Shown piece after piece: positions 29,672-39,074 of a DNA stretch of 64,000 nucleotides (the first letter of the stretch is position 1; every line of letters begins with the position of its first letter). Source of the DNA: a candidate division WOR-3 bacterium (lineage in GTDB: Bacteria; Hydrothermota; Hydrothermia; LBFQ01); contig JALUCS010000126.1 in the NCBI GenBank assembly GCA_027050205.1, positions 1 through 64,000 of the forward strand. Reading direction: 5' to 3'. The position numbers and the translations under genes are program-made. The notes beneath the pieces are model-generated. The model had not been told where the DNA came from. It was given only the letters and a program-made list of their open reading frames with translations, and searched no databases.

Positions 29672-31360
29672 TTATTTTACGCCGGGGAAACCCCGGCCGT
29701 AGAGGGAACGGTAGGCCCTGTAGCTCCGTATCACCCTCCGGACGTACTTCCGGGTCTCGCTGTAGGGTATTACGTCTATGAAGTGGGGGAAGTTCAGGAG
29801 CTCGTACCCGTACCTGCAGAGCCACCTGTCCAAGGCCCCCCTACCGGCGTTATAGGCGGCGGCCACAAGGTGAGGGGAACGGTAGATCTGGAAGGCCTCC
29901 CTAAGGAGGAAGGCACCCATCCTTAGGTTGGTCAGGGGGGCGTAGGGGTCCCTCACCCTCTCCTTCATCTCCCTCCTGAACCGCCTGACGTTGAAGGGCA
30001 TTATCTGGGCGAGACCCATAGCCCCCGCCCTTGACCTCGCCTTCCTCTTGAACCGGGACTCCTCCCTGACTATAGCCCGGAGGAAGAGGGGGTCTATGCC
30101 GAACTCCTTGGCCGCCGAGTCTATCTCCCTCCCGTAGAGGGTGTAAGGGAAGGCCATCCTCCCCCACCAGAGGGGTACCCCCCTACCCTTGTCTGCCACC
30201 CTATACACCCCCGCCAGGACGTAGGAGGCCTTCAGGAAGTTCCCCTCGTCCATCAGCTCCCTTGCCCTCCTGTAGCCGGAGGGGACGTCCTTAACGTACC
30301 AGGGGTAGGCGAGGCTCCAGCCCCAGAGTTTCTCCATCACCTTGCCTATCTCGTAGTTCCTAAGGTTGCCAGCGGTGTCCCAGACGTCCCCCTCCTTCCA
30401 TGGAACGTCCTCCGAAAGTTCAAGGTAGTAGTAGCTTATGGGGTTGTAGGTGCGGAGGTCCCGGACGTAGTTGGTATCCCGGCTTAGTAGGTAGAGCCAG
30501 TAGGTCGCCTGCGTCCATACGAAGGACCCCCTCTCCGCCCTCTTGCGGGCCTCGTAGAAGTAGTTGTACGCGTCTTCAAGGTAATGGACGCCGTAGGCGG
30601 AGAGGCCGAGCCATACGAAGCTCTCCGGGTCCAAGCCGTCATAGGCGGTGGCCGAAATGCGGGCGTAGAGGTCGGAGGCCTCGTAGCGGAGGAAGGGTTT
30701 AGCCACCTCCGAAGCCATCACTCGGTAGGCCCTCCTGTAATCCCCCATCCTGATGAGCTCCAAGAGGGCCAGGGATATGGAGTCGTAGTCTTCGGCGTTC
30801 AGAAACCGCACAAGGTGCTTTATGAGCGCCCTCTTCCGGTACTCCGGGGGCATCTTGAGAACCTCGGAGAAGGATACCCCCCTCCTCTTCCACTTCGCCA
30901 CCAGGTACAGGCCGTACTCCTCCGGGTCCGTCGTATCCGCCGCCTTGAGGACGGAGTCCCACATCCCGTGGGCGAGCATAACCCGAAGCTTCAATTTCTT
31001 GGAAACTGGGAGTTTGAGGAGTTTCTTCGCCTCCTTTGTCCTTGGGTAGAGGCGGCCGAGGTCGGCGAGGTAGGAGACCTTGCGGGTCTTCCTGTAGAGG
31101 TACTTGAGGACGGGGTAGGTCTTCGGACAGGGAGGAACCTTGACGGCCGGCGATCCTCCCCCGGCGAGTCGGTTGCAGGCCAGACGGCAGGGCCTCTTAT
31201 CTTTCAGTGAGCATATCTCCCGGAGGATGCGGGAGGCTTCCCCCGGAGGGGTGGTCTTGAGGGTTGCCTTTGCGGCGAGGATGTAAGGTCTTATCTCCGG
31301 GTAGAGCTGCTGTAGGGAGTCAAGGGCGCGACTGCTAAGGGCGGCAGATAGTAGGAGCAT
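29672..31360 (-). CDS. Lytic transglycosylase (Slt-like)
   Basis: AIVREES.F, GAMGLAQIMP, AAYNAG, IPY.ETR.YV. Confidence 0.92.
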   Translation of the reverse strand: MLLLSAALSSRALDSLQQLYPEIRPYILAAKATLKTTPPGEASRILREICSLKDKRPCRLACNRLAGGGSPAVKVPPCPKTYPVLKYLYRKTRKVSYLADLGRLYPRTKEAKKLLKLPVSKKLKLRVMLAHGMWDSVLKAADTTDPEEYGLYLVAKWKRRGVSFSEVLKMPPEYRKRALIKHLVRFLNAEDYDSISLALLELIRMGDYRRAYRVMASEVAKPFLRYEASDLYARISATAYDGLDPESFVWLGLSAYGVHYLEDAYNYFYEARKRAERGSFVWTQATYWLYLLSRDTNYVRDLRTYNPISYYYLELSEDVPWKEGDVWDTAGNLRNYEIGKVMEKLWGWSLAYPWYVKDVPSGYRRARELMDEGNFLKASYVLAGVYRVADKGRGVPLWWGRMAFPYTLYGREIDSAAKEFGIDPLFLRAIVREESRFKRKARSRAGAMGLAQIMPFNVRRFRREMKERVRDPYAPLTNLRMGAFLLREAFQIYRSPHLVAAAYNAGRGALDRWLCRYGYELLNFPHFIDVIPYSETRKYVRRVIRSYRAYRSLYGRGFPGVK

Positions 31361-31392
31361 AGCGGTGATTATAAAAGCGCACTGCTATCCCA

Positions 31393-31689
31393 TTACCCTA
31401 TCCCGTACTTGCTCAGGTAGGCCTTCACGAGGAGGTTGAAGAACTTCGTGTGTTTCCCGTCCATCAGCTTAAGATGCACCAGCTCGTGTACTATCACCTC
31501 GTGGCGGAAGCGGGCGGGTTGCTTGAGTAGGTCGCTGTTTAAGGTGAGCCTTCCCCTCGTTGAGACGCTCGCCCACTTCCGTTTCATCGGCCTCACGTGT
31601 ATCTCCTTCAACCTGTCCTCAACCCCTATCCTCCTCGCCCACGTCCAGACTTCGGCGATGAGAATGTCCCGCATTACGTCCTCACTCAT
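31393..31689 (-). CDS. Short M48/YgjP-like zinc metallopeptidase associated with Type I R-M
   Basis: MKRKWAS, VIVHELVHL, H...F; overlaps hsdR stop. Confidence 0.85.
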   Translation of the reverse strand: MSEDVMRDILIAEVWTWARRIGVEDRLKEIHVRPMKRKWASVSTRGRLTLNSDLLKQPARFRHEVIVHELVHLKLMDGKHTKFFNLLVKAYLSKYGIG

Positions 31690-34582
31690 CCGCTATCCTC
31701 CTTAGCAGGTTAAGGATGTCGTTTGCCCATTCAACCCTGTCCTCTATACCTGCCCCTTTGAGGACCTTGTAGAGCCTCCTGCGGAGGCCTCCCTCCTGTC
31801 GGGCGCTCTTACTCCAATAGGGGAACTCCTTCAGGGCCTCGTCTATACCGAGGGCGAGATCTTCGGAGGTATGGGGGTCCAACCCCTTGTGGAGCCGCAG
31901 CCACCACTTTACGGCGAAGGCACCGTTGGAGAGGTGGGTTTCCCCCATCTGCCTCTGGGCCTCCTTTATCTCCCTTACGAGTTTCTCCAGCTCCTTTAGG
32001 GCCTGCCTGCTGTTTATCTGCCTCTCCTCAAAGGCCTTCCTTATCCTCTCCGCCCTCTCCCCTATGGGTATGAGGAAAGGTTTCTCCTTCCCCTCCTCCG
32101 CCACCATCCGGGCTATGGTGTTGAGGAGGTTAAACATCCTGACGGTTTCGGGTTTGTGCCTGGCGGTTAGGAGGGACTCAAGGGTTTCGGGGGTTATCTC
32201 GTAGGTCTCTTTAAGGAGGTTTAAGGTTGGGGTACGGGTGTGCCTCTGTACGATTTCGGCTGTCTTTCTAAGGAAGGACTTATCAACATCAACCGAAGGC
32301 TCGTAGGCGCTTCGCAGGATCCTGTACATCTCAACGAGTTTCCTGTAGTCGTCCAAGAAGGGACGGAGGAAGGGGTCGGGGGATAGCACCTCGTAGAGTT
32401 CTTGGAGTTCGCGAAAGAACCTATAAAACTCCTCCCTCAAGGGTTTATCCTTGAAGCGTTGGAGGATGGCTTCGGCGACCCTGTCCGGTTCGTTGGGATC
32501 AAATACGGGTAGGTACTCCTCCCTCCCCACTCTTATGAGCTCCTCAAAGCGCTCCTTCAGGACGTCTATTCCCTCAACTATTCCCTTGATGTCCTCCGAG
32601 TCAAAGGCGAGGGCCTTTTCAAGGTTGTCAAATATGCCTACGAAGTCAATTATGAGTCCGTTGGTCTTCCTACGTCCGTCTTCGTCCTCGTACGGGCGAT
32701 TCACTCTGGCAATGGCTTGGAGGAGGACGTGGTCCCGCATGGGTTTGTCAAGGTACATAGCGTAAAGGATCGGGGCGTCGTATCCGGTCAGGAGCTTCTC
32801 CGTGACTATGAGAATCTTGGGGTTTTCGTCGGGCTTCCTGAAGGCCTTCCTTACGCGGGTCTCCTCCTCGTCGCTTAGGTGGTAGCGTTTCAGATGGGGA
32901 GGGTCGTTGTGGTTCCGGCTTATTACGACCTCGCTGTATTCAGGGGGCAGGTACCTGTCCAAAGCCTCCTTGTAGAGGACGCACGCCTCCCTATCCACGG
33001 CCACAAGGAAGGCCTTGTACCCCATAGGTTCAACGTTGCTTTTAAAGTGTTCGGCCACAAAACGGGCGATCTTCTCAACTCTTTCGCTGTTTTTGAGCAT
33101 ATTTTTGAGATTCACCGCCCTATCCAACACCCGGTTTATCTCCTCTATATCGGCCACACCCTCAAGGGCGGCGGCCTTCCAGAACTCCCTCTCCATCGTC
33201 TCCCTATCCACGACCAACTCGTTTGGGGCCATCTGGTAATGGAGGGGAACGGTGGTCCCATCCTCTATAGACTCCTTTATGGAGTACTTGTCCAGATAAC
33301 CCCTCGGAGGGTCATCCACACCGAAGACCTTGAAGGTACCCTTCCCCCTACTCGTCTTATCTATCGGTGTCCCGGTGAAACCTATAAACGTGGCGTTGGG
33401 AAGCGCCCCCATAAGGTAGTTTCCGAGGTCCCCGCCCGTTGATCTGTGAGCCTCGTCTATCAGGACGATGATGTTGGAGCGGGTGTTCAGGTTGGCGTCC
33501 GCTTTATCAAACTTATGGATCATAGAGACTATCAGGCCGCGGGTGTCCCTCTTGAGGAGTTCCCGGAGGTGTCTTTTGCTCTTGGCAACGTGGAGGTTTC
33601 CGAAACCGACGGCCTCAAGGTTCTGGAAGAGCTGCTGCTGGAGTTCGTTCCTGTCCACTATCATAAGGACGGTGGGGTTCTTGAAGCGGGGGTCCTCCAG
33701 TATAAGTCTGGCGGCGGTTATCATCGTGTAGGTCTTCCCGGAACCCTGTGTGTGCCATACGAGTCCCCTACGCTTTCCGCGGTCACTGGCCCTCCCTACG
33801 ACCTTTCCGACGGCCCTCATCTGATGGGGACGGAGGACCACCTTGGACAGCTCCCCGTCCCTCCGGACGAAGAGGATGTACCTGCCGAGGATTTCAAGGA
33901 TCCTCCTCCGGGATACGAAGGCCTTGACGAGGGTCTCAAAGTCCCCGGCCTGCTCGTCTCTGTAATTGAACAGGGCTTTACGGGAGAGGTTCCACGTGGG
34001 GCCGTAGAGGAAGCGGTGGAAGTCTGTAATTACGTATATTTGGCTCTGTACCAGAAGCTCCGGAGCCTCGTCGTGGTACCGTCTTATCTGCTCATGGGCC
34101 TCCCCTATGCCCTCAACCTTCGTAGGGGCCTTGGCCTCAAGGACCACAACGGGGATGCCGTTGACGAGGAAGACGATGTCAAGGCGAACGGTGGAGGTTC
34201 CACTGACGAAGCGGAACTCCTCGGTTATGTGGAATACGTTGTTCTCCGGAACCTCAAAGTCAATAAGGCGTACGTTCTTCTCCCTTTTCTCCTCCTCAAC
34301 GAATACGGTCTTAAGGCCCCTCAGGTACTCCCACACCTCGTAATTTCCTTCAACGTTGGGCCTCACCCTTACAAGTCTGTCTATCACCTCTTCGGCCTTC
34401 GTCCGGTTTACTATGGCAGTGGGGTTGAGTTTCTGAAGTTGCTCTATCAGAATGCTCCGCAGTACGGGACTACTCTCCCCTCCCCGTAGCCTAAGGGCCT
34501 CATCCGGAGGGAGGTACCTCCAACCCACCTCCTGGGTGTGGCGGATTATAGGTTCCTGAACGGTCTGGCGTTCGGAGAACAT
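31682..34582 (-). CDS. hsdR: Type I restriction endonuclease subunit R
   Basis: Nuclease motifs RLDIV..VNGIP...EAK and QI.RY; helicase motifs WHTQGSGKT, DEAHRS, FTGTP, LLTGYDAP, QAIARVNR. Confidence 0.97.
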   Translation of the reverse strand: MFSERQTVQEPIIRHTQEVGWRYLPPDEALRLRGGESSPVLRSILIEQLQKLNPTAIVNRTKAEEVIDRLVRVRPNVEGNYEVWEYLRGLKTVFVEEEKREKNVRLIDFEVPENNVFHITEEFRFVSGTSTVRLDIVFLVNGIPVVVLEAKAPTKVEGIGEAHEQIRRYHDEAPELLVQSQIYVITDFHRFLYGPTWNLSRKALFNYRDEQAGDFETLVKAFVSRRRILEILGRYILFVRRDGELSKVVLRPHQMRAVGKVVGRASDRGKRRGLVWHTQGSGKTYTMITAARLILEDPRFKNPTVLMIVDRNELQQQLFQNLEAVGFGNLHVAKSKRHLRELLKRDTRGLIVSMIHKFDKADANLNTRSNIIVLIDEAHRSTGGDLGNYLMGALPNATFIGFTGTPIDKTSRGKGTFKVFGVDDPPRGYLDKYSIKESIEDGTTVPLHYQMAPNELVVDRETMEREFWKAAALEGVADIEEINRVLDRAVNLKNMLKNSERVEKIARFVAEHFKSNVEPMGYKAFLVAVDREACVLYKEALDRYLPPEYSEVVISRNHNDPPHLKRYHLSDEEETRVRKAFRKPDENPKILIVTEKLLTGYDAPILYAMYLDKPMRDHVLLQAIARVNRPYEDEDGRRKTNGLIIDFVGIFDNLEKALAFDSEDIKGIVEGIDVLKERFEELIRVGREEYLPVFDPNEPDRVAEAILQRFKDKPLREEFYRFFRELQELYEVLSPDPFLRPFLDDYRKLVEMYRILRSAYEPSVDVDKSFLRKTAEIVQRHTRTPTLNLLKETYEITPETLESLLTARHKPETVRMFNLLNTIARMVAEEGKEKPFLIPIGERAERIRKAFEERQINSRQALKELEKLVREIKEAQRQMGETHLSNGAFAVKWWLRLHKGLDPHTSEDLALGIDEALKEFPYWSKSARQEGGLRRRLYKVLKGAGIEDRVEWANDILNLLRRIADE

Positions 34583-34587
34583 GATCT

Positions 34588-35448
34588 TTACCCCTTCTTA
34601 TGCCTTGTGTTATCAAATAAGTTTGGCTCATTTTCTCGCATTTTTAAATAAATATTGGTGTATGGTCTCCCTTCTTCATCAGGGAAACCCCATAAATTAA
34701 ATTTCCTACGCCATCTATATTGATCTTTTCTGACCCATCGCACTATAAATGACGCTAATTCTCTTTTTGCTGGTTTTCTCACTTTATTTAATAAAGCTGC
34801 TTGAGTTGAACCTATCAATAAATCAGTAAACTGTAGTAAATCATCATCTGAAGAGTCTTTAGGCACCACTTTTAATATTACTTCAGGATAATTCCCTTTC
34901 TCCTCCTTCTGTAGAATGCTATCATATCTTGCTCGTTGTTGTATGTATTTCTCAAAATTATCAATTATACTACGATTCTTTTTATCTGTTATAAAAGTTA
35001 TCTCTAATCTATCATATTCGTTTTCCTGAAGTATATGCCAATTAATACCAGCTTTTAACGCCATAGCAGTAAAACGATTGTACTCGTGAAAATCTTTTGG
35101 AAATCTGCTATGTTCGTAAGCACTACTATAACGATCTACAATGAGACAAGAAAAATTTGCAATCTCTGACAAACGTTGGCGAAATTCTATCATCCATTTT
35201 TTAGCTATTCTTGCTTTTGCACCATATTTACCTGAAAAGGATTTAGGTAATTCCTTAAAATGAATTTCTCTAAAGTAGTTTTCCTCCTCCCTTACCCTAT
35301 ACAAAATTTTGCGTGCAATATCAATATCATGACTTTTTATAAATAGCAGACCTATAATTAACCATCGTTTCTCTGGGAGACTTTCATCATGAAAAACATG
35401 ATACTTCCCTACTTTCACGATTTCATTGCCCCAAAAATCTCGTTTCAT
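34588..35448 (-). CDS. DUF3800-like protein (RNase H-like fold), AT-rich
   Basis: N-terminal VFHDES, EIHF.E, C-terminal LQFTD; much lower GC than flanks. Confidence 0.7.
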   Translation of the reverse strand: MKRDFWGNEIVKVGKYHVFHDESLPEKRWLIIGLLFIKSHDIDIARKILYRVREEENYFREIHFKELPKSFSGKYGAKARIAKKWMIEFRQRLSEIANFSCLIVDRYSSAYEHSRFPKDFHEYNRFTAMALKAGINWHILQENEYDRLEITFITDKKNRSIIDNFEKYIQQRARYDSILQKEEKGNYPEVILKVVPKDSSDDDLLQFTDLLIGSTQAALLNKVRKPAKRELASFIVRWVRKDQYRWRRKFNLWGFPDEEGRPYTNIYLKMRENEPNLFDNTRHKKG

Positions 35449-35617
35449 CCTAACTTTTGATCAAATAATATCCCCACAATCTCCTCCCCTCATCGTCCTC
35501 CATCTCCTCAATCACCCCCGGAACCAAAATCTCCAACATCGCTACCGCTATTATACAGCCGAACCGTCGCCCTCAAACTGCCTCAAAGCTCTTCGCCTAT
35601 GAATATGCGGCATAAAC

Positions 35618-36838
35618 CTATCGTTGGAGAGTGGAAAATATATCTTCACAACCCTTAACCCTCCTTTCATAAAATTCTCTCTCAAAATATTCATCCTTAA
35701 GGTCATTTATAGGAACATATACTTCAACTGGAATACTTGCGTTTTTAAGGTAATTTACCATCACAGGACCAACCTGCTCCCATTTCAATCCCCCAAGACC
35801 ACACCCAAGGGCGGGGAAGGCTATTGATTTAACCCCTTCCCTCCTGTAAAACTTCAAAAACCACTTCAAACCCTCACATATCATCTTGAGATTGCTCTTT
35901 TCCTTCCAGTGCCTTTTTGTAGGAAAGAATAGGAACCACCTTTCGCCGTTAAGGCTCTCCGGCTTATAAAGGTAGGGCCTCCCTGGTCTTAATATTTTCC
36001 TTTTTACGATGTTTTGATACACCAGAAAGGCTGCCGGGTACATGTACTTAAAACGGCTTGCCAAACCCTTTCCCATAACACCGACAGTGTTGACGCTTAT
36101 AGTTAATGTTTGCATCTCGCTATCAAACATATCACCTTCCACTATGTAAAGGTTTGGATAAATTTCCACTTTTCTGCGAGGTTCAAAGAATAAATCGGGG
36201 TCAACAATAATTTCTATACCTTTAGGTAATTTTCCCACCATTCGTAAAACTTTTTTCTTCATATCTTCGTTAGGTACATAAATAGCCCGTATGTACTTTT
36301 TAGGCACCCTCTTGGGGATTAAGACCTCGGACTGTAGAAAGGTCTTAGGGAATAAGTACTCCACAGATGGGAATGGGAGCTTGCTTTTCTTAATAAAAGG
36401 TTTTATGTTTATTATGGCTTCACTTGAATACCAATCCCGTATATCTCGCACCTTCTCAAAGAGTTTTGTTAGATATACATCTCCAGAATCCAATAGAATT
36501 GAATAATCACTCGCAGCGTTACCTATGGAAACTTTACTTCCACTTCTTTCGGATACTGTTGCATCTACGCCTATCACGAGTAGTTTATTCTTGCGCTTTT
36601 TTGATAGTCTATACATCATAGCGTTCCTTGGATAGACGTAGAGATTCGCATATTTACTTAAACCCTTTTTTCTTCTTTTTTCAACTATCCCCTCATCTGC
36701 TATATCTATAAAATTCAAACCAAGTTTTTCAACCTCATCACGGCTCAAAATACCTGAGCGAAGTATAGATTCCAGATTCTCAATTCCCGTAATATAGTAC
36801 AGTTCCCTCCTTCGGTCTCGCCTTCTTGCCTTTCTCAC
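35618..36838 (-). CDS. DarT (DUF4433) DNA ADP-ribosyltransferase fused to DarG-type macrodomain
   Basis: N-half YYITGIENL.SIL..GILS, DIA...I...R, PRNAMMY, GNAA, QSEVL; C-half GDMF...VNTVGVMGKGLA..FK, FPTKRHW, SIAFPALGCGLGGL.W. Confidence 0.9.
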   Translation of the reverse strand: MRKARRRDRRRELYYITGIENLESILRSGILSRDEVEKLGLNFIDIADEGIVEKRRKKGLSKYANLYVYPRNAMMYRLSKKRKNKLLVIGVDATVSERSGSKVSIGNAASDYSILLDSGDVYLTKLFEKVRDIRDWYSSEAIINIKPFIKKSKLPFPSVEYLFPKTFLQSEVLIPKRVPKKYIRAIYVPNEDMKKKVLRMVGKLPKGIEIIVDPDLFFEPRRKVEIYPNLYIVEGDMFDSEMQTLTISVNTVGVMGKGLASRFKYMYPAAFLVYQNIVKRKILRPGRPYLYKPESLNGERWFLFFPTKRHWKEKSNLKMICEGLKWFLKFYRREGVKSIAFPALGCGLGGLKWEQVGPVMVNYLKNASIPVEVYVPINDLKDEYFEREFYERRVKGCEDIFSTLQR

Positions 36839-38130
36839 ACCAGCCCCTCCATGTTGTGTGCTAACTTACCCACCAACTCCTTAGGTATCCTCCTCTTCGC
36901 TGTCATCAAGTCGTTGAGCAGAGCTTTAAAAACCTTTTCCAACGCCTCCGCTCTCCTCCTCTCGGCCTCTATTTTGTCATCTACGGCCTTCAGTATCTCG
37001 GCTATGCGTTTCTGCTCGTGGAGAGGGGGAAGAACTAAAACCTGTTCTCGTAATATGCGATAATGACGATTATAACCTCTACTTGGAATTTTAAGATTTA
37101 GTAAGGCATAATAAAGGAAAAGAGGGAAGTATTTTTCGGTATTAGGTATTAAAATTTTAGTACCATCAGCTCCACGTACAAAGGGAAAATCTACGTACTT
37201 AAATATACGAGTATGATCTCCAAAAACTATCACCGGAAGCGGTCCATAATAGACATCATCTTCGTTATTCCAGTATCCAGCGATTAGATTCTGCCCCTGA
37301 TCAACAATAGGGAATCGCCCCACTGGGAGGTAATTTTGCTGTTTAACTTTGCTAGTTTTTATTCTTTTTTTAAGTATAGCGTCCTCAAACCTCACCACCT
37401 CCCAGTGTTCCGGTATATCTCCCACCTCCGTTTCCTTCAACTTCACTTTATCAACCTCACCGAGAGGCACAGGGCCGTAGGTGAATAGGTGCTTCATCAA
37501 AGACTTCTTGAGTTCCTTGAGAGCCTTTATAACCTCTTCCGTCTTCTCCTTCGCCTCCTGCACAGCCCTTAAGATGTAGGCGATGGCCTTCTGCTCCGGA
37601 ATCGGGGGGAGGAGGATGGGAAGAGTTTTTATCCGAGACAAAGCCAATTTAGGTTGCGAAGTTTTAGTAGTTTGTGATCTTATGTACATCTGCCCCATTG
37701 GACTAGCCAAGAAAAATATAAGAAAATTTTGGTCAAGGGATTGAGACAAAATCACAATTCTTGCGGCATTTTCTGTAAGGTGCGCCCCATCCAATTCATC
37801 CGGAATTCTTCCAACAATACCTATAGTTCCTGCAATTGAAATATAAACATCCGATTTTTTAATATGATAGCGCTGCAAAAGGCGATGTTGGTCCTCAGTT
37901 AGGTATTTCAAGTTATCCGTAGTTATTGAGAAATTCCTAAAATTTACCACACGGATATACGGATATTTAGTAGGACGCTCTGAAAATTTTTGCCCTTTAG
38001 GTAAGCGTTTCCCACCTTTAACCTCTACCACCTCCCCCAACCTCACCACCTCCCACTCCTCCGGTAAAGGCCCCAACTCCGTCATTCTGTAGCCGGGCGG
38101 TACATCATCCGTATTTGCTACTCTGCTCAT
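36835..38130 (-). CDS. hsdS: Type I R-M specificity subunit S
   Basis: Two TRDs bounded by PEEWEVVRL / PEHWEVVRF and PP..EQ..IA..L repeats; LKKSLM..LFT central conserved region. Confidence 0.95.
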   Translation of the reverse strand: MSRVANTDDVPPGYRMTELGPLPEEWEVVRLGEVVEVKGGKRLPKGQKFSERPTKYPYIRVVNFRNFSITTDNLKYLTEDQHRLLQRYHIKKSDVYISIAGTIGIVGRIPDELDGAHLTENAARIVILSQSLDQNFLIFFLASPMGQMYIRSQTTKTSQPKLALSRIKTLPILLPPIPEQKAIAYILRAVQEAKEKTEEVIKALKELKKSLMKHLFTYGPVPLGEVDKVKLKETEVGDIPEHWEVVRFEDAILKKRIKTSKVKQQNYLPVGRFPIVDQGQNLIAGYWNNEDDVYYGPLPVIVFGDHTRIFKYVDFPFVRGADGTKILIPNTEKYFPLFLYYALLNLKIPSRGYNRHYRILREQVLVLPPLHEQKRIAEILKAVDDKIEAERRRAEALEKVFKALLNDLMTAKRRIPKELVGKLAHNMEGLV

Positions 38131-38138
38131 ACGGACAC

Positions 38139-38181
38139 CTCCTCCTTATCCACACTGCGGATTATAAAGGCGGAGGGCGTT
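38139..38181. repeat. 43-bp direct repeat, copy 1
   Basis: ctcctccttatccacactgcggattataaaggcggagggcgtt, identical to 38820-38862. Confidence 0.95.
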
Positions 38182-38539
38182 ATAGATCATCCTGCCATCC
38201 CTCGTTCCATATCACACCTTCAAGCTTACGCTCAAGTTCGGGTATGTCATCCCTCACCGTCGCCCATAACACCCCAACATCCACACCGAAATAGAAGTGT
38301 ATCAACTTATCCCTCGTCCTGGCTATTATGCTCCACTCAATTTCAGGATATTTTTCCTTCAATTCGGAAGAAACCTTCTTACTCGCTTCCCCCAGAATCT
38401 CCAAATTTCTGACAACGGCGTCTATAGTCCTCTCGTCCCTTAGAAAGTCCTTAAATCGCATACCCTCGGTATACTCCAAGATCTTCCTACACGCTATCAG
38501 CATATCAAGGACAAATTCCCTATCTCCCCTTTTATACAT
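38180..38539 (-). CDS. HepT-like HEPN ribonuclease toxin (DUF86)
   Basis: DAVVRNLEILGEA, RDKLIH (R-X4-H), YFGVD. Confidence 0.92.
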   Translation of the reverse strand: MYKRGDREFVLDMLIACRKILEYTEGMRFKDFLRDERTIDAVVRNLEILGEASKKVSSELKEKYPEIEWSIIARTRDKLIHFYFGVDVGVLWATVRDDIPELERKLEGVIWNEGWQDDL

Positions 38540-38834
38540 ACTCCAGTTCCTTCTTTATCGCTTCTCTTACGTGTCTTATGCGTATGTTCTCCACTCCGTA
38601 AGGCGTTAGTAGGTCCACTTCCCTTTTGAACAACCTCTCAAGGAAATCGGCGAGGCCTATGAAATCCTTCAAATTTCCCCTGCGGTCTTCAAACTCAACA
38701 ACAATATCAATATCGCTATCCTCCCCCGCCTCCCCTCGCACTACGGAGCCGAAGATCCCTATCCTCTTAACCCCGAACTTCCTTATCTCCTCGTAATTCT
38801 CCCTTATCCGCCTTATGATCTCCTCCTTATCCAC
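38532..38834 (-). CDS. MntA-like minimal nucleotidyltransferase antitoxin
   Basis: FGS..RG.....SDID..V motif, VDL. Confidence 0.92.
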   Translation of the reverse strand: MDKEEIIRRIRENYEEIRKFGVKRIGIFGSVVRGEAGEDSDIDIVVEFEDRRGNLKDFIGLADFLERLFKREVDLLTPYGVENIRIRHVREAIKKELEYV

Positions 38835-38862
38835 ACTGCGGATTATAAAGGCGGAGGGCGTT
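38820..38862. repeat. 43-bp direct repeat, copy 2
   Basis: Identical to 38139-38181; carries TATAAT and the GTG start of the MNT gene. Confidence 0.95.
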
Positions 38863-39074
38863 CTACAGGGGAGGGTGGTGTCCGATATATGTCCGTTAAT
38901 AGGTTAGAATGTAGTATCTCTTATTTTTCTCTGCTGTGGCCTTAGATAGTCCTTTTACAAATATCTAAAAATAATTCCAATAATTGAAATTTACAATTTC
39001 TAGGCTTTTTTGGATACCTCTCTTAAACTCTATCATCCGATTTTAATTTTTAGAACACCAAATGTTAAATATTC

